Shown piece after piece: positions 47,816-57,528 of a DNA stretch of 64,000 nt (within the stretch, counting starts at the first letter, position 1; each line of letters begins with the position of its first letter). The notes beneath the pieces are model-generated. The model was not told the origin of the DNA. It searched no databases and saw nothing but the letters and a program-made list of their open reading frames with translations. The position numbers were made by a program, and so were the translations under genes. The DNA is taken from contig OY762428.1 of NCBI GenBank assembly GCA_963665665.1, positions 5,216,001-5,280,000 on the forward strand. The letters run 5' to 3'. The stretch comes from Candidatus Kapaibacterium sp. (GTDB lineage: Bacteria > Bacteroidota > Ignavibacteria > Kapaibacteriales > UBA2268).

Positions 47816-48358
47816 ATGAAAACCACAATTAGAGAATTGATGATACCAATTGACAGCTATGCTTCTGTTAATGAAGATGCAACACTTCTTGATTCTGTCA
47901 GGGCGCTGGAACTGTCAAATTCCAAACCCTCTGAAAACGGGCCTTTCAGAGCTGTAATTGTTCGGGATAAAAATAATGAGATAATCGGAAAGATCGGCCA
48001 AATAGGAATGCTAAAAGCATTTGAACCCAAATACGAACTTGCTGAGGAAGAAATTGCACGTCTTGCCACCATAGATTTCGATCATTTGATAATTCAGTCC
48101 ATTATGCAGAAACATAAATTATGGGATGAAGGATTCAAAGAGAGCCTGGAACGTGCCGGAAAAATAAGGGTTAAGGATGTTATGAACTCTTTGAGCGATT
48201 CAATTAACATCAATGCCAAGCTGGTGGAAGCTATTCATAAACTTATAAGTTTGAATGTACTGGCTTTATTTGTAAAGGAAAAAGGAAACTTAGTCGGGAT
48301 AATCAGGTTGTTTGACATATATGATGCAATGGTTGCCGGTACAAACGAGATTATTTGA
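47816..48358 (+). CDS. CBS-domain pair protein
   Basis: IRELMIP...DATLLD, VKDVM...LVGIIRLFDI; GGAGG SD. Confidence 0.85.
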   Translation: MKTTIRELMIPIDSYASVNEDATLLDSVRALELSNSKPSENGPFRAVIVRDKNNEIIGKIGQIGMLKAFEPKYELAEEEIARLATIDFDHLIIQSIMQKHKLWDEGFKESLERAGKIRVKDVMNSLSDSININAKLVEAIHKLISLNVLALFVKEKGNLVGIIRLFDIYDAMVAGTNEII

Positions 48359-48448
48359 ACCAAATCCTGGCAGTAATAGCTTAAAAAATATACCGGTTAG
48401 CCGCAGAAAACTTTTCCATAGTATGCTTTGGGGGGCTTGCCTGTGATT

Positions 48449-49159
48449 TTACTGTAGCTCATCAAACGGTATATCCATTAATTTGAAATTTTCCCATCCC
48501 TGGTAATCATAGTGCCACCATTCAGTGGGGTAAACAGTGAAGCCATGTCTTTTCATAATATCAATCAGGAATTCTCTGTTTGCTTTAACTGAATCCGGAA
48601 TATCCTCGTAATATGGCCCGGCTTTTTCTGAGAAATCGTCAAATTCGGTCGGCATAGGTATTTCTTTTCCATTTTCCAAATAAGCCAGGCTAATATCCAC
48701 AGCACAGCCGCGATTATGTCGGGAACCATACCATGGCGCAGCTACGAAATTTGTATCCGGGTAAACCTCATAAAATTTCAATGTAGCAGCGTAGGGGCGG
48801 TAAGCATCATAAATAATTAGTGCCAGTCCTGAGTCAAGAAGTTCCTCCTGAATACTTCCAAGGGCTTTAACAACAGGCTTACGGGCGAATGCTTTTGGAG
48901 CAGTATAAACCACATTACCTGTAAAATTTTTATCTGTTGCGTAGCGAATATCAAGAATTACATCGTCGATTATTTCAATATCAATAAGCTCATTGTCGGA
49001 ATTTTCATTTACTGTTTGTAAATATTCCTCGTAACTGCATATTAAATCAAGATTGTAAGGGTTATTGCATTCGTTCTTGTTTTCATCCTCTGAACAGGAA
49101 AATAAAAGAAATGGAATAAAGAAAGAAAGAAGAGTGGCTGATTTTTTTAAATAATTCAT
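48449..49159 (-). CDS. ddpX: D-Ala-D-Ala dipeptidase (VanX/M15 family), lipoprotein
   Basis: DIRYATDKNFTG, YDAYRP, SRHNRGCAVD, EWWHY; lipobox LFSC. Confidence 0.88.
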   Translation of the reverse strand: MNYLKKSATLLSFFIPFLLFSCSEDENKNECNNPYNLDLICSYEEYLQTVNENSDNELIDIEIIDDVILDIRYATDKNFTGNVVYTAPKAFARKPVVKALGSIQEELLDSGLALIIYDAYRPYAATLKFYEVYPDTNFVAAPWYGSRHNRGCAVDISLAYLENGKEIPMPTEFDDFSEKAGPYYEDIPDSVKANREFLIDIMKRHGFTVYPTEWWHYDYQGWENFKLMDIPFDELQ

Positions 49160-49301
49160 TTTCAATTGTTTATTAATTATAAAAACACTATCTGTCAAAG
49201 TTTTAATTTCTTTTTTCATATTTTTCAATTTACTAATAAAGTATACTCCGCACCAATACAAATAATTGATTTAACAAATGATCAAAATATACTTGTAAAA
49301 A

Positions 49302-49335
49302 TGTCATTCTGAAAGAGCCAAGTGACTGAAGAATC
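49302..49335. repeat. single REP-like element
   Basis: TGTCATTCTGA...GAAGAATC resembles a widespread intergenic repeat style; one copy only. Confidence 0.35.
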
Positions 49336-49387
49336 CACTTTCATTGCAGAAAATATTGAAGTACTAATTCTTTAAAACTCTCATTTT

Positions 49388-49422
49388 AATCTCTATCCCA
49401 AGCCTCGCTTGAGATAGAGATT
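49388..49422 (-). terminator. hairpin downstream of the OmpA-family gene
   Basis: AATCTCTATC.CAAG...CTTG.GATAGAGATT. Confidence 0.6.
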
Positions 49423-49471
49423 TCAATAAAAGTTTTATTTATTAGAATTATGCTATTCATTCAAAATAAAT

Positions 49472-51436
49472 CTATTCATAAATTGTTTCAACAATAACAT
49501 TTACAGTACGGCAATAGAAACGGCCTTCAGGAAGATCGTTATTGAACAGCAGATTTTCTTCGCCCATACCTACTGCTTCCACATTTTTTAGTCCAAGGGC
49601 ATCCTTGACGCTTCCCGCTCTGCGTGCTGAAAGAGACTGATTGCCTTCCTCGCTGCCTATCCTGTCCGTGTGTCCTGTGATTGTCACTTTGGAATTCGGT
49701 GCAATTCCGCCTTTAATAATATCTACTATTTTGCTGTTGTTTTTCCCGAGTTTTGCCGTGTTGAAATCAAACAGTATAAGGCTGTATTTCTGTATTTCCC
49801 GGTCGCGAATTTTCTCGCTGCGTTTTTTCTGTACAGTGATTACCTCAACAGGAATAGATTTTGTTTCAGATTCAACAATCGAATTCCTGTCATCCTTAAC
49901 AGAGATAGAGTAATCAAGAGTATTGGCATATATTGGTGTGTTTTCTGATAAATGCCAGTCGTAGGATTCATCCGGATCATCATTACCATTGAAGGCTTTC
50001 AATTGTTTTGACCTCTGGATTGCTTTAATATTCCATGCGGCTATATCTTCGTCGGAATCAACTTCAGGATAAAATCTGAGAATTTCGGGATTTGTTTCTC
50101 TGAGTGTATCGAAAGCCATTACGGGTTTGATTATTTCCCAGTTATCCGAGTAAATTTCAACTCTTCGGTTTTCAGTCAGGCCGTCTTCTTCTTTTATATT
50201 CGATGGTGTTGCAGGCAGGTTACGGTTCTTGGCCGTTATCCGTGAAGGACTGATCTTCCATGTATCAACAAGATATTTCTTCACAGCGTCCGAACGATTT
50301 GCTGATAATTGCTTATTTCCTTTTTCACTTTCATCATTGTCGTTGCAACCTGTAAGTACGATTTTAGCATCAGGATTTTCAATCATCCTACGTGCAATAA
50401 TATTTAAAACATTGTAATAAATGTACATGGTTTCCTGCCCGTACATATTCTCCTCCTGGAAATCACCGGTTTTATTTGTATTAAGCAATTCGTATCTGTC
50501 CGGGATTTCAGATGAGTTTTTATCAAAGAAAACATAAGTCAGGAGAGGGTGGAGCTGCATGGATGAAAATTCTTCTATTACAATTTTTGCAGCAGGGTTT
50601 TCATTTCCTTCCTTATCAATTCCATAGGCGCGGATATCAGCGTCCAGACGAGATTCACCCGGAGCTGCATGTTTTGATTTAGAAGGCGAGTATTTCAAAG
50701 CCAGGCCGATATTCAGTGTATTTACTTTCCAGTCAACATCCTCCATAAGATTGTTCAGCCCGAGATAATACCTGAGTTCCGGCGCCAGGATAAAAGTGTT
50801 TCGTTTATTCAGAGGTAATTCATAGCTAAGCCCTGCAAAACCGAAGAGGTGAATGGAAGAAGCTCCGTCAATCTCAGAGGACCATTCGTTTCGAACACGG
50901 CTTCGCGTATCGTTGCCGTCTTCATCCATGAATGTACCACCCTCGAAAGGGTTGGAAATTTTCTCTGCGCCATCGGCTTCCATTGTCATTTTAAATCCAG
51001 CCCTGAGTCCTCCACTAATAAATAATTGCTTGGTAAGGCCATAGCTCAGGTAGGCTTCAAGTCCGATATTGTCGATGGTAGCGTCAATAGAATGTTCGAA
51101 CTCCCCTTCGATTATTTCACCGTAAGCAAACATCATTGTTTTTTCGGTTTTTGTCAATTCTCCGTTCAGCGAAGAATAACCAGCCCTGAAACCGAGTAAT
51201 AATCTTTTAGCAATCGGCATTTCGTATAATAACCCTATTGCAATGCCGCTACCCGAACCTTCGTCAAATATCGGGCAGCAAGTCGGATAATCAGGCAGGC
51301 TGTTAAAATCCGGTGAGTGCATATTAATTTGGTAATGGCCATAAATACCGTATCTGGTATTTAGTTTTTCCTGAGAAAATGATAAACATTGAATGAATAT
51401 CAGAATAAACGGAATTATTACTATTATCTTTTTCAT
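49472..51436 (-). CDS. OmpA-family outer-membrane protein (N-terminal beta-barrel plus two OmpA-like domains)
   Basis: barrel ending LNIGLALKY; domain 1 (VFFD...LTGCND...LSANRSDAVK...NRRVEI); domain 2 (LFDF...GHTDRIG...LSARRA...CRTV). Confidence 0.85.
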   Translation of the reverse strand: MKKIIVIIPFILIFIQCLSFSQEKLNTRYGIYGHYQINMHSPDFNSLPDYPTCCPIFDEGSGSGIAIGLLYEMPIAKRLLLGFRAGYSSLNGELTKTEKTMMFAYGEIIEGEFEHSIDATIDNIGLEAYLSYGLTKQLFISGGLRAGFKMTMEADGAEKISNPFEGGTFMDEDGNDTRSRVRNEWSSEIDGASSIHLFGFAGLSYELPLNKRNTFILAPELRYYLGLNNLMEDVDWKVNTLNIGLALKYSPSKSKHAAPGESRLDADIRAYGIDKEGNENPAAKIVIEEFSSMQLHPLLTYVFFDKNSSEIPDRYELLNTNKTGDFQEENMYGQETMYIYYNVLNIIARRMIENPDAKIVLTGCNDNDESEKGNKQLSANRSDAVKKYLVDTWKISPSRITAKNRNLPATPSNIKEEDGLTENRRVEIYSDNWEIIKPVMAFDTLRETNPEILRFYPEVDSDEDIAAWNIKAIQRSKQLKAFNGNDDPDESYDWHLSENTPIYANTLDYSISVKDDRNSIVESETKSIPVEVITVQKKRSEKIRDREIQKYSLILFDFNTAKLGKNNSKIVDIIKGGIAPNSKVTITGHTDRIGSEEGNQSLSARRAGSVKDALGLKNVEAVGMGEENLLFNNDLPEGRFYCRTVNVIVETIYE

Positions 51437-51483
51437 ATTAAATTCAATTTATAATTTTATACAAAAGTAAAGTGATCGATCAA

Positions 51484-53373
51484 TTACTTGAAAATCCTGA
51501 GCAGTACGCATTTGCTGACAGTTGGAGTTGTCAGCCTTAATCCATATAAGCCGGAATGCAGGTTTTCTGTGTTATAAGATATTTCAATCAGGCTTTCGCC
51601 GTTGATTGTCCTGTCGAGAATTGTTCCCACAATCCTTCCGGTTATATCAATTATTTGAACTGTTGTCCTGCCGTCTTCGATAAGTTCAATTTCCAAATCA
51701 GCAGTTTCACCTGCCGGGTTCTCATGAAGAATAATATTTGGTTCACCCTCAGGATTAATCAGTCTCTTTCCACCGGCGTTACATACTTCAATACAGGCGC
51801 AGCCACTTGTCAGGTTCAATGTATCAGTATTGTATGAAATTCCGTTTATTGTCAACCCGATGATATCAATTGTAGTGGATTCCTGTTTGCCAAGTCCGGC
51901 GTAAAATTGGATTTCTCCACCCATAATATAACCATTCCCGGAGCTTATTGTTTCCCTCAGAGTAGCAATTCTATATATCCCATCCTCGAAAGATGCCTGA
52001 ATCTTTGTATCATCAGGATAAAGAATAAAACGATCGAACTGAATCTGCGCTTCCACAATACCGCTCATATTTCCGCTTTTAAGTATCTCGTCGGAATATT
52101 CGATTGTGTATGGAATTGATACTTTATTACCCGGTACGGTACAGTTTATCATATCACATTCAAAACCCATTTCGGGATTCAGCCCTACAACGTCGCTTGT
52201 ATCGGGGTCGGGATCGGTATTGCTGGTATCGGAACTGACCGGAACTGCCCAGGCTCTGGCCGGCAGTCCTTTCAATGAGAGTTTACCTTCCAGATAAACG
52301 GCATCTTCTGCAAAATTACATGCTGTTCCTGCTGCATTTGGATTATCTATTCTATGAAGAAAATCATGCTTGTGGCTTGCAACATAAATTTTATCGTCAG
52401 GCCCGAGCATAAGGGCAGAGTAATGATCCATGTTCTCGTTACCCTCAACTTCTGCGAGTGTTATCCTTGAATCATTGATTGCATCTTCACTGCCAAGGCT
52501 TAGGTCATACTGGAAAACTCTTGAAGGAGCTCTTCCTCTTTTGCTGCAATATAGTTTGCTTCCATCTGGCGAGAATTCAACACCGTAAGCATATTGTCCG
52601 AATCCGTCCAATGGATTTAAGACTATAAGATTATCAAATTCCCCAGTACTACTATTGAAATCATAAACTAAAACAATTCCTGCAAAATACATTGCCATTG
52701 CCATTTTACTGAAATCACGTGTAAAAGTCATATATCCGGCGCGATTCCAAGTATGATTCAGGTTCAGGTCATATCCCAGCGGGCTGTAAACAGGCTCACC
52801 GATTCCGTTATTGGTTATAGGCCAGGCAATAATTCTGTTCTCAAGGAATTCATGCGTGCAAATCCATTTATCTGTTCCGTTATCATGCTCGGCGATTCCG
52901 ATTTTCTCAGATCCCCTTTCAAGAAGCATTACATTGGCAACATCACTGAAATCTCCAAGGCCGTCTTCGAGTGACATATCTATTACAGAGTATCTTAGGC
53001 CATAAATACATCCGCCCTCCTGTGCTCCTGAGGAGAATAAATAGCACTTGGTACTATCGCCGGGATAAGCACATGGCACACCTTTTTGGGTAGCTGAATT
53101 GTTACTCATAAGGAGATTGCTCAACATTGGTTCGTGATTGCGATTATATACCATCCCGCCGCCAGTATATAAAAGCAGATTCCCGTCAGGGTCGCAAACA
53201 ACTCCGCTTCCTTCTTCAACAATTATTCTGTTATTTGTAATTGCTTTCGGGGGATCGTAGTTAAAGTCCAGGCCTGCATTTTCACCGAAATACCATATCT
53301 TGTTTTCGGTCTGAGCAGGACACAGGTAAACAGTGAATAAAATAATCAGTAGAAAGATTGATTTTTTCATCAT
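51484..53373 (-). CDS. secreted beta-propeller protein with T9SS-type C-terminal domain
   Basis: NKIWYFGENAGLDFN, YGVEFSPDGSKLY, LGPDDKIYVA; C-terminal ENP...DITGR...SGLYGLRL. Confidence 0.78.
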   Translation of the reverse strand: MMKKSIFLLIILFTVYLCPAQTENKIWYFGENAGLDFNYDPPKAITNNRIIVEEGSGVVCDPDGNLLLYTGGGMVYNRNHEPMLSNLLMSNNSATQKGVPCAYPGDSTKCYLFSSGAQEGGCIYGLRYSVIDMSLEDGLGDFSDVANVMLLERGSEKIGIAEHDNGTDKWICTHEFLENRIIAWPITNNGIGEPVYSPLGYDLNLNHTWNRAGYMTFTRDFSKMAMAMYFAGIVLVYDFNSSTGEFDNLIVLNPLDGFGQYAYGVEFSPDGSKLYCSKRGRAPSRVFQYDLSLGSEDAINDSRITLAEVEGNENMDHYSALMLGPDDKIYVASHKHDFLHRIDNPNAAGTACNFAEDAVYLEGKLSLKGLPARAWAVPVSSDTSNTDPDPDTSDVVGLNPEMGFECDMINCTVPGNKVSIPYTIEYSDEILKSGNMSGIVEAQIQFDRFILYPDDTKIQASFEDGIYRIATLRETISSGNGYIMGGEIQFYAGLGKQESTTIDIIGLTINGISYNTDTLNLTSGCACIEVCNAGGKRLINPEGEPNIILHENPAGETADLEIELIEDGRTTVQIIDITGRIVGTILDRTINGESLIEISYNTENLHSGLYGLRLTTPTVSKCVLLRIFK

Positions 53374-53636
53374 TTCTCCAGGGGTTAGTTAATCATATAA
53401 TTAATTTCAAAATTTTTTCTATTTCCTATAAATATTATAGAAATATATAATATTTTCAGGAATAATAAAAATCTAAATTCAATAAAATCAATATGATTGA
53501 TTAGCAATATATCTGTGGTTTTTGTTTCAATGATAGAAAGAAGCCCAAAAAGCGGAGGGGTATTATTATATTAAAGCAGAGTGGCAAACAGATGAAAATA
53601 GTGATGATAAGGCAGTTTAAACATAATAATAATCCA

Positions 53637-54413
53637 CTATAAAAGCCTGTTTAATACAACTGCTGATGCAGCTGCAACATTTATTGATTCGATATTGTCG
53701 GTGATTGGAATATGAACAACAGCATCGCTTATATTCAATATTCCTTCGGATATGCCCCGGCCCTCACTGCCAAAAACGAGAACTGAACTTTCAGGAAAAG
53801 AAAAATCACTGACCGGAATTGATTTATTAGTAATTTCGACAGATATCACTTTAGTGCCCGATGACTTTAACTGTTGCAAATCATCAATAATATTTGTCGA
53901 TTTCCTGCAATCTACGTAAAATATGCCACCCTGAGATACCCTAACAGCCCGGCGCATAAACGGGGAGCTTGTTTCGGAATCCCAAAGCAAAGATTTAATG
54001 CCAAATGCCGCACAATTCCTTATTATCGCTCCAACATTTTCAGACTTTAATATCCCGTTAAGAACAACCATTGGAAAGGGGAGAGCCGTCAATTCCTTTT
54101 CTTCCGGCTGCCGGGCCATCGCCATAATACCTTTATGAAGCCGAAAGCCGACAATCTGATCCATTATTTTTTTATCAGCAAAAAATAATGATGAAGATGA
54201 AATATTATTATTTTCAATAGCTTTGCCGTATTGCTTAAAGTACTTTTCAAGAGCAAATATTGAAACTATCTCGAAGTCACTTCTTATTAGTTGCTTGAAT
54301 AGCCTGTCACCTTCTGCGATGAAAATATTATCGCGGGTATGGGATTCCGGCGTGTATTTAAGCGAACGGTAATGCTCAATTCGCGGGTCGTCAATATTTT
54401 TTATCTGAATCAT
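53637..54413 (-). CDS. TrmH/SpoU family RNA methyltransferase
   Basis: FIAEG, ENVGAIIRNCAAFG, FGSEGRGI, ESINVAAA. Confidence 0.92.
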   Translation of the reverse strand: MIQIKNIDDPRIEHYRSLKYTPESHTRDNIFIAEGDRLFKQLIRSDFEIVSIFALEKYFKQYGKAIENNNISSSSLFFADKKIMDQIVGFRLHKGIMAMARQPEEKELTALPFPMVVLNGILKSENVGAIIRNCAAFGIKSLLWDSETSSPFMRRAVRVSQGGIFYVDCRKSTNIIDDLQQLKSSGTKVISVEITNKSIPVSDFSFPESSVLVFGSEGRGISEGILNISDAVVHIPITDNIESINVAAASAVVLNRLL

Positions 54414-54425
54414 TCTATAAAATAT

Positions 54426-54449
54426 AAAAAAGGCGGGAAAAACCCGCCT
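54426..54449 (-). terminator. intrinsic terminator after pruA
   Basis: AGGCGGG-loop-CCCGCCT with T-tract on the minus strand. Confidence 0.8.
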
Positions 54450-54474
54450 CAAATATTCAAACTAAATAAAGATA

Positions 54475-56040
54475 TTAGTCTTTTGTTGTGATGTCAGTGA
54501 TCTTTTCGCTGACTGATTTGCCCTGTGTGAAGAGAGCAAGATAATCACGGCTGCCGGCTTTTGAATCTGTACCGGACATATTGAAACCGCCAAATGGGTG
54601 AACGTCAACGATAGCGCCGGTACATTTACGGTTGAAGTAAAGGTTACCTACGTGGAATTCACGGGCTGCGCGGTCGAGTTTTTCCCTGTTCATAGAGTAA
54701 ACAGCGCCAGTCAGACCATAGATTGTGTTATTAGCTATTTCAAGGCCATGGTCGTAGTTATCTGATTTGATAACTGCAAGTACCGGGCCGAAGATTTCTT
54801 CCTGAGAGATTCTTGCCATAGGATCAATGTCGATAAATACAGTAGGCTCAATGTAATATCCGTTAAGTCCTTCAACTTTTTTACCGCCTGTAAGAAGTTT
54901 ACCTTCTTCATTTCCGATCTTGATGTACTCAAGAATGCTGTTTTCAGCTGCCTGGTTAATAACCGGGCCCATGCGAACGTCATCCATCGGATCACCGATT
55001 TTGATTTCTTCAACTGCAGCTTTAAGTTTTGTATTAAATTCATCATAGATTGATGCGTCAACGATTGCCCTTGAGCAAGCTGAGCATTTCTGGCCCTGGA
55101 ATCCATAAGCTGAAGCAACAACGCCTGCAACTGCATCATCAACATTTGCTTCGCTGTCAACAACGATAGTGTCTTTACCGCCCATTTCAGCTATAACGCG
55201 TTTAATCCAGATCTGGCCTTCTGATTTTTTAGCTGCCAGTTCGTTTATCCTGAGGCCGACTTCCATTGAACCTGTAAAGGAGATAAAGCGTGTTTTCGGA
55301 TGCTGAACCATGTAGTCACCAGCCTGGGCGCCACTTGCAACGAAGAAGTTAAGAACGCCGTCGGGAAGCCCTACTTCTCTCATTACGTCAGCAAAGAGCC
55401 ATGCCATTTTCGGTGTATCGGATGAAGGTTTCATTACAACTGTGTTACCGGAAACAATTGCTGCACTTGTGATACCAAGCATGATAGCAAACGGGAAGTT
55501 CCACGGCGGAATACAGATACCAACGCCAAGAGGGATATAGAAGTATTTGTTTTTTTCGCCCGGGAAAGGAGTAAGGTCCTGATTCTGTGAGTAGCGAACT
55601 GCTTCGCGTGCATAAAATTCAAGGAAATCTATTGCTTCGCAAGTATCGGCATCGGCTTCAATGAAATTTTTACCTGCTTCAGAGATCATCCATGCGTTGA
55701 TCTCGTAGCGGCGCTGACGAAGAATTTCGGCAGCTTTCAGAAGATACTGTGCTCTTTCTTCAGCAGGAACGTTTTTCCATGTTTCAAAAGCTTTTGCTGC
55801 TGATTGAATGGCAGCTTCAGCATCATCTTTTCCGCCTTTTTGGAATGTACCGATAAGTTCGTCGGCGCGGCCGGGATTGTATGATAAAGTTTTCTTTTCT
55901 GTCAGAACTTCTTTGCCGTCAATAATATTGGGGTATTCTTTTCCGAACTCTGCGCGTACTTTTTCCAGCGCTGCTTTCTGTGCTTTTGCGTGCTCTTCCT
56001 TGGAAAAGTCGAAAGGCATCAAATTTTCAAACGTTGTCAT
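54475..56040 (-). CDS. pruA: L-glutamate gamma-semialdehyde (P5C) dehydrogenase
   Basis: PPWNFP, FTGSMEVG, AEMGGKD, FQGQKCSACSR, GNLYFNRKCTGA, PFGGFNMSGTD. Confidence 0.95.
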   Translation of the reverse strand: MTTFENLMPFDFSKEEHAKAQKAALEKVRAEFGKEYPNIIDGKEVLTEKKTLSYNPGRADELIGTFQKGGKDDAEAAIQSAAKAFETWKNVPAEERAQYLLKAAEILRQRRYEINAWMISEAGKNFIEADADTCEAIDFLEFYAREAVRYSQNQDLTPFPGEKNKYFYIPLGVGICIPPWNFPFAIMLGITSAAIVSGNTVVMKPSSDTPKMAWLFADVMREVGLPDGVLNFFVASGAQAGDYMVQHPKTRFISFTGSMEVGLRINELAAKKSEGQIWIKRVIAEMGGKDTIVVDSEANVDDAVAGVVASAYGFQGQKCSACSRAIVDASIYDEFNTKLKAAVEEIKIGDPMDDVRMGPVINQAAENSILEYIKIGNEEGKLLTGGKKVEGLNGYYIEPTVFIDIDPMARISQEEIFGPVLAVIKSDNYDHGLEIANNTIYGLTGAVYSMNREKLDRAAREFHVGNLYFNRKCTGAIVDVHPFGGFNMSGTDSKAGSRDYLALFTQGKSVSEKITDITTKD

Positions 56041-56252
56041 TAAACCTTCTCCAATTGTGTAAAATTTTAGTTTATAATTATTTAGCGGCATTTTCAATTC
56101 AAAAAAAACACTTGTATAATTATGTAATGCCATAAGAATTACAAAGATAACTAAGTATTAATATTTTAACAAGAATAATAAATAAATGTGGATAATATTT
56201 AGAGTTGAATATATAGATTTCAAATAATCTAAATGTCAAAAATTGGATATAT

Positions 56253-56879
56253 CTATAATTTCGGAAATACTTTCTTTTTTAATTCAGGAATACTTCCGCT
56301 TAAAAAAACTATTGAAAGCCATAAAACAATTACAACGAAAACAGTTGTTCCCATTTCTGTTTCGGTTATTAAAAGCCCGCTGAAAAGATTTATAACTGAT
56401 TGAACGCCTGAGGATAACTCAACAGTTTCAAATTTTCCCTGCTCGCCTGATAAGAAAAATATTATGAATTTAAAGAATATGAATAAATTTGCTAAAATGG
56501 CTCCAATTACTGCGTAATGTAATCTTTTCCTGAAGTTCAGCGGTGTGGCAAGAAAGAAAATGATTATAAGGAAGATTGGAATCAATACAAAAGTACGTAC
56601 ATTAGCCCGCTGGACTTTAGAGAGTATTCTGCCATCAGGGGCTACAAATTCAATGTTTCCAATTTTTATTTTTATCCTGAAGTATCCCTGATTTGGTAGT
56701 TTTTCAGTTTCATTTTCGATAATTCTTTTGTCTGAATCAGTAAGAATTCTGAAAACCGGTTGTGTCAGGCTTCCGTAAATATCGGCTGCAGGTTTGCTCA
56801 GAACAGGGGAGAGTATCTGGAAAATTATTATCCCTGCAAGAATTATTGCACTGAAAAGTGTTATCTGGCGAATGTTCAT
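56253..56879 (-). CDS. exosortase-associated membrane protein (exosortase-like, no catalytic Cys)
   Basis: multi-TM, FFLATPLNFRKR motif parallel to the exosortase IAFPLAWKFK; ATGA overlap with the exosortase gene. Confidence 0.6.
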   Translation of the reverse strand: MNIRQITLFSAIILAGIIIFQILSPVLSKPAADIYGSLTQPVFRILTDSDKRIIENETEKLPNQGYFRIKIKIGNIEFVAPDGRILSKVQRANVRTFVLIPIFLIIIFFLATPLNFRKRLHYAVIGAILANLFIFFKFIIFFLSGEQGKFETVELSSGVQSVINLFSGLLITETEMGTTVFVVIVLWLSIVFLSGSIPELKKKVFPKL

Positions 56880-57436
56880 GCTGTTTTATCCAATTTGGAT
56901 TTATTAAAAGCCCAGTTAATCCATATCAGCCATGTTATCATAGCGAAAATTATAAATATTATCGGAAAAATTTCCGTGTGGAACTGTTCGAACATCGAAT
57001 GCCAGTGAATGCCGATATAATATAAAGCAACAATGCGTAATACATTTAAAACAATAAGAATTAACGATCCTGCAACAATTCCCTGCCACTTGAATTTCCA
57101 GGCAAGCGGAAAGGCAATCAATGCAGCGAGAAATAATACAAGTGGTTCGCTTCCTTCACAGCCGACACCAATGGTCAGCATGAAGCGGGGTGAGCTTAGC
57201 ATTATTCCGCTTTGCACCGCATCTTCACCAAACACATTCAATACTATGACAGAAAGCCAGGCGTTAAAAGAAGAGAATGATTCAAGAAATCCCTCGCTCA
57301 GACCGGTTTTTAACAAAATATAGTAAGTGGAAACTATGGCTACAAATCCTGCAAGGAATTTAATCAGGAGGATTTTACTTTTCTTTTTATCTTTTTTTTC
57401 AACTGCTTTTGAAAGTTTTGTTGTTTTCTTCGACAT
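56876..57436 (-). CDS. exosortase, XrtH-like (exosortase/archaeosortase family)
   Basis: catalytic triad motifs GCEG, LNVLRI, FH; AFP-x-x-W-x-x-K. Confidence 0.85.
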   Translation of the reverse strand: MSKKTTKLSKAVEKKDKKKSKILLIKFLAGFVAIVSTYYILLKTGLSEGFLESFSSFNAWLSVIVLNVFGEDAVQSGIMLSSPRFMLTIGVGCEGSEPLVLFLAALIAFPLAWKFKWQGIVAGSLILIVLNVLRIVALYYIGIHWHSMFEQFHTEIFPIIFIIFAMITWLIWINWAFNKSKLDKTA

Positions 57437-57476
57437 AAAAAATATTCATTTGATTATTTTACTAAAAAACAAAAAT

Positions 57477-57503
57477 AAAAAAAAGCCGCTGAATAAGCGG
57501 CTT
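57477..57503 (-). terminator. intrinsic terminator of the decarboxylase operon
   Basis: AAGCCGCT-loop-AGCGGCTT with a long A-run on the plus strand. Confidence 0.8.
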
Positions 57504-57528
57504 AATAAAAAATAAATTTTATTTTTAA

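Noticed and set aside
48449-49159. Vancomycin resistance locus
   Set aside because: Lone VanX-family lipoprotein without vanH/vanA/vanRS; consistent with a housekeeping dipeptidase
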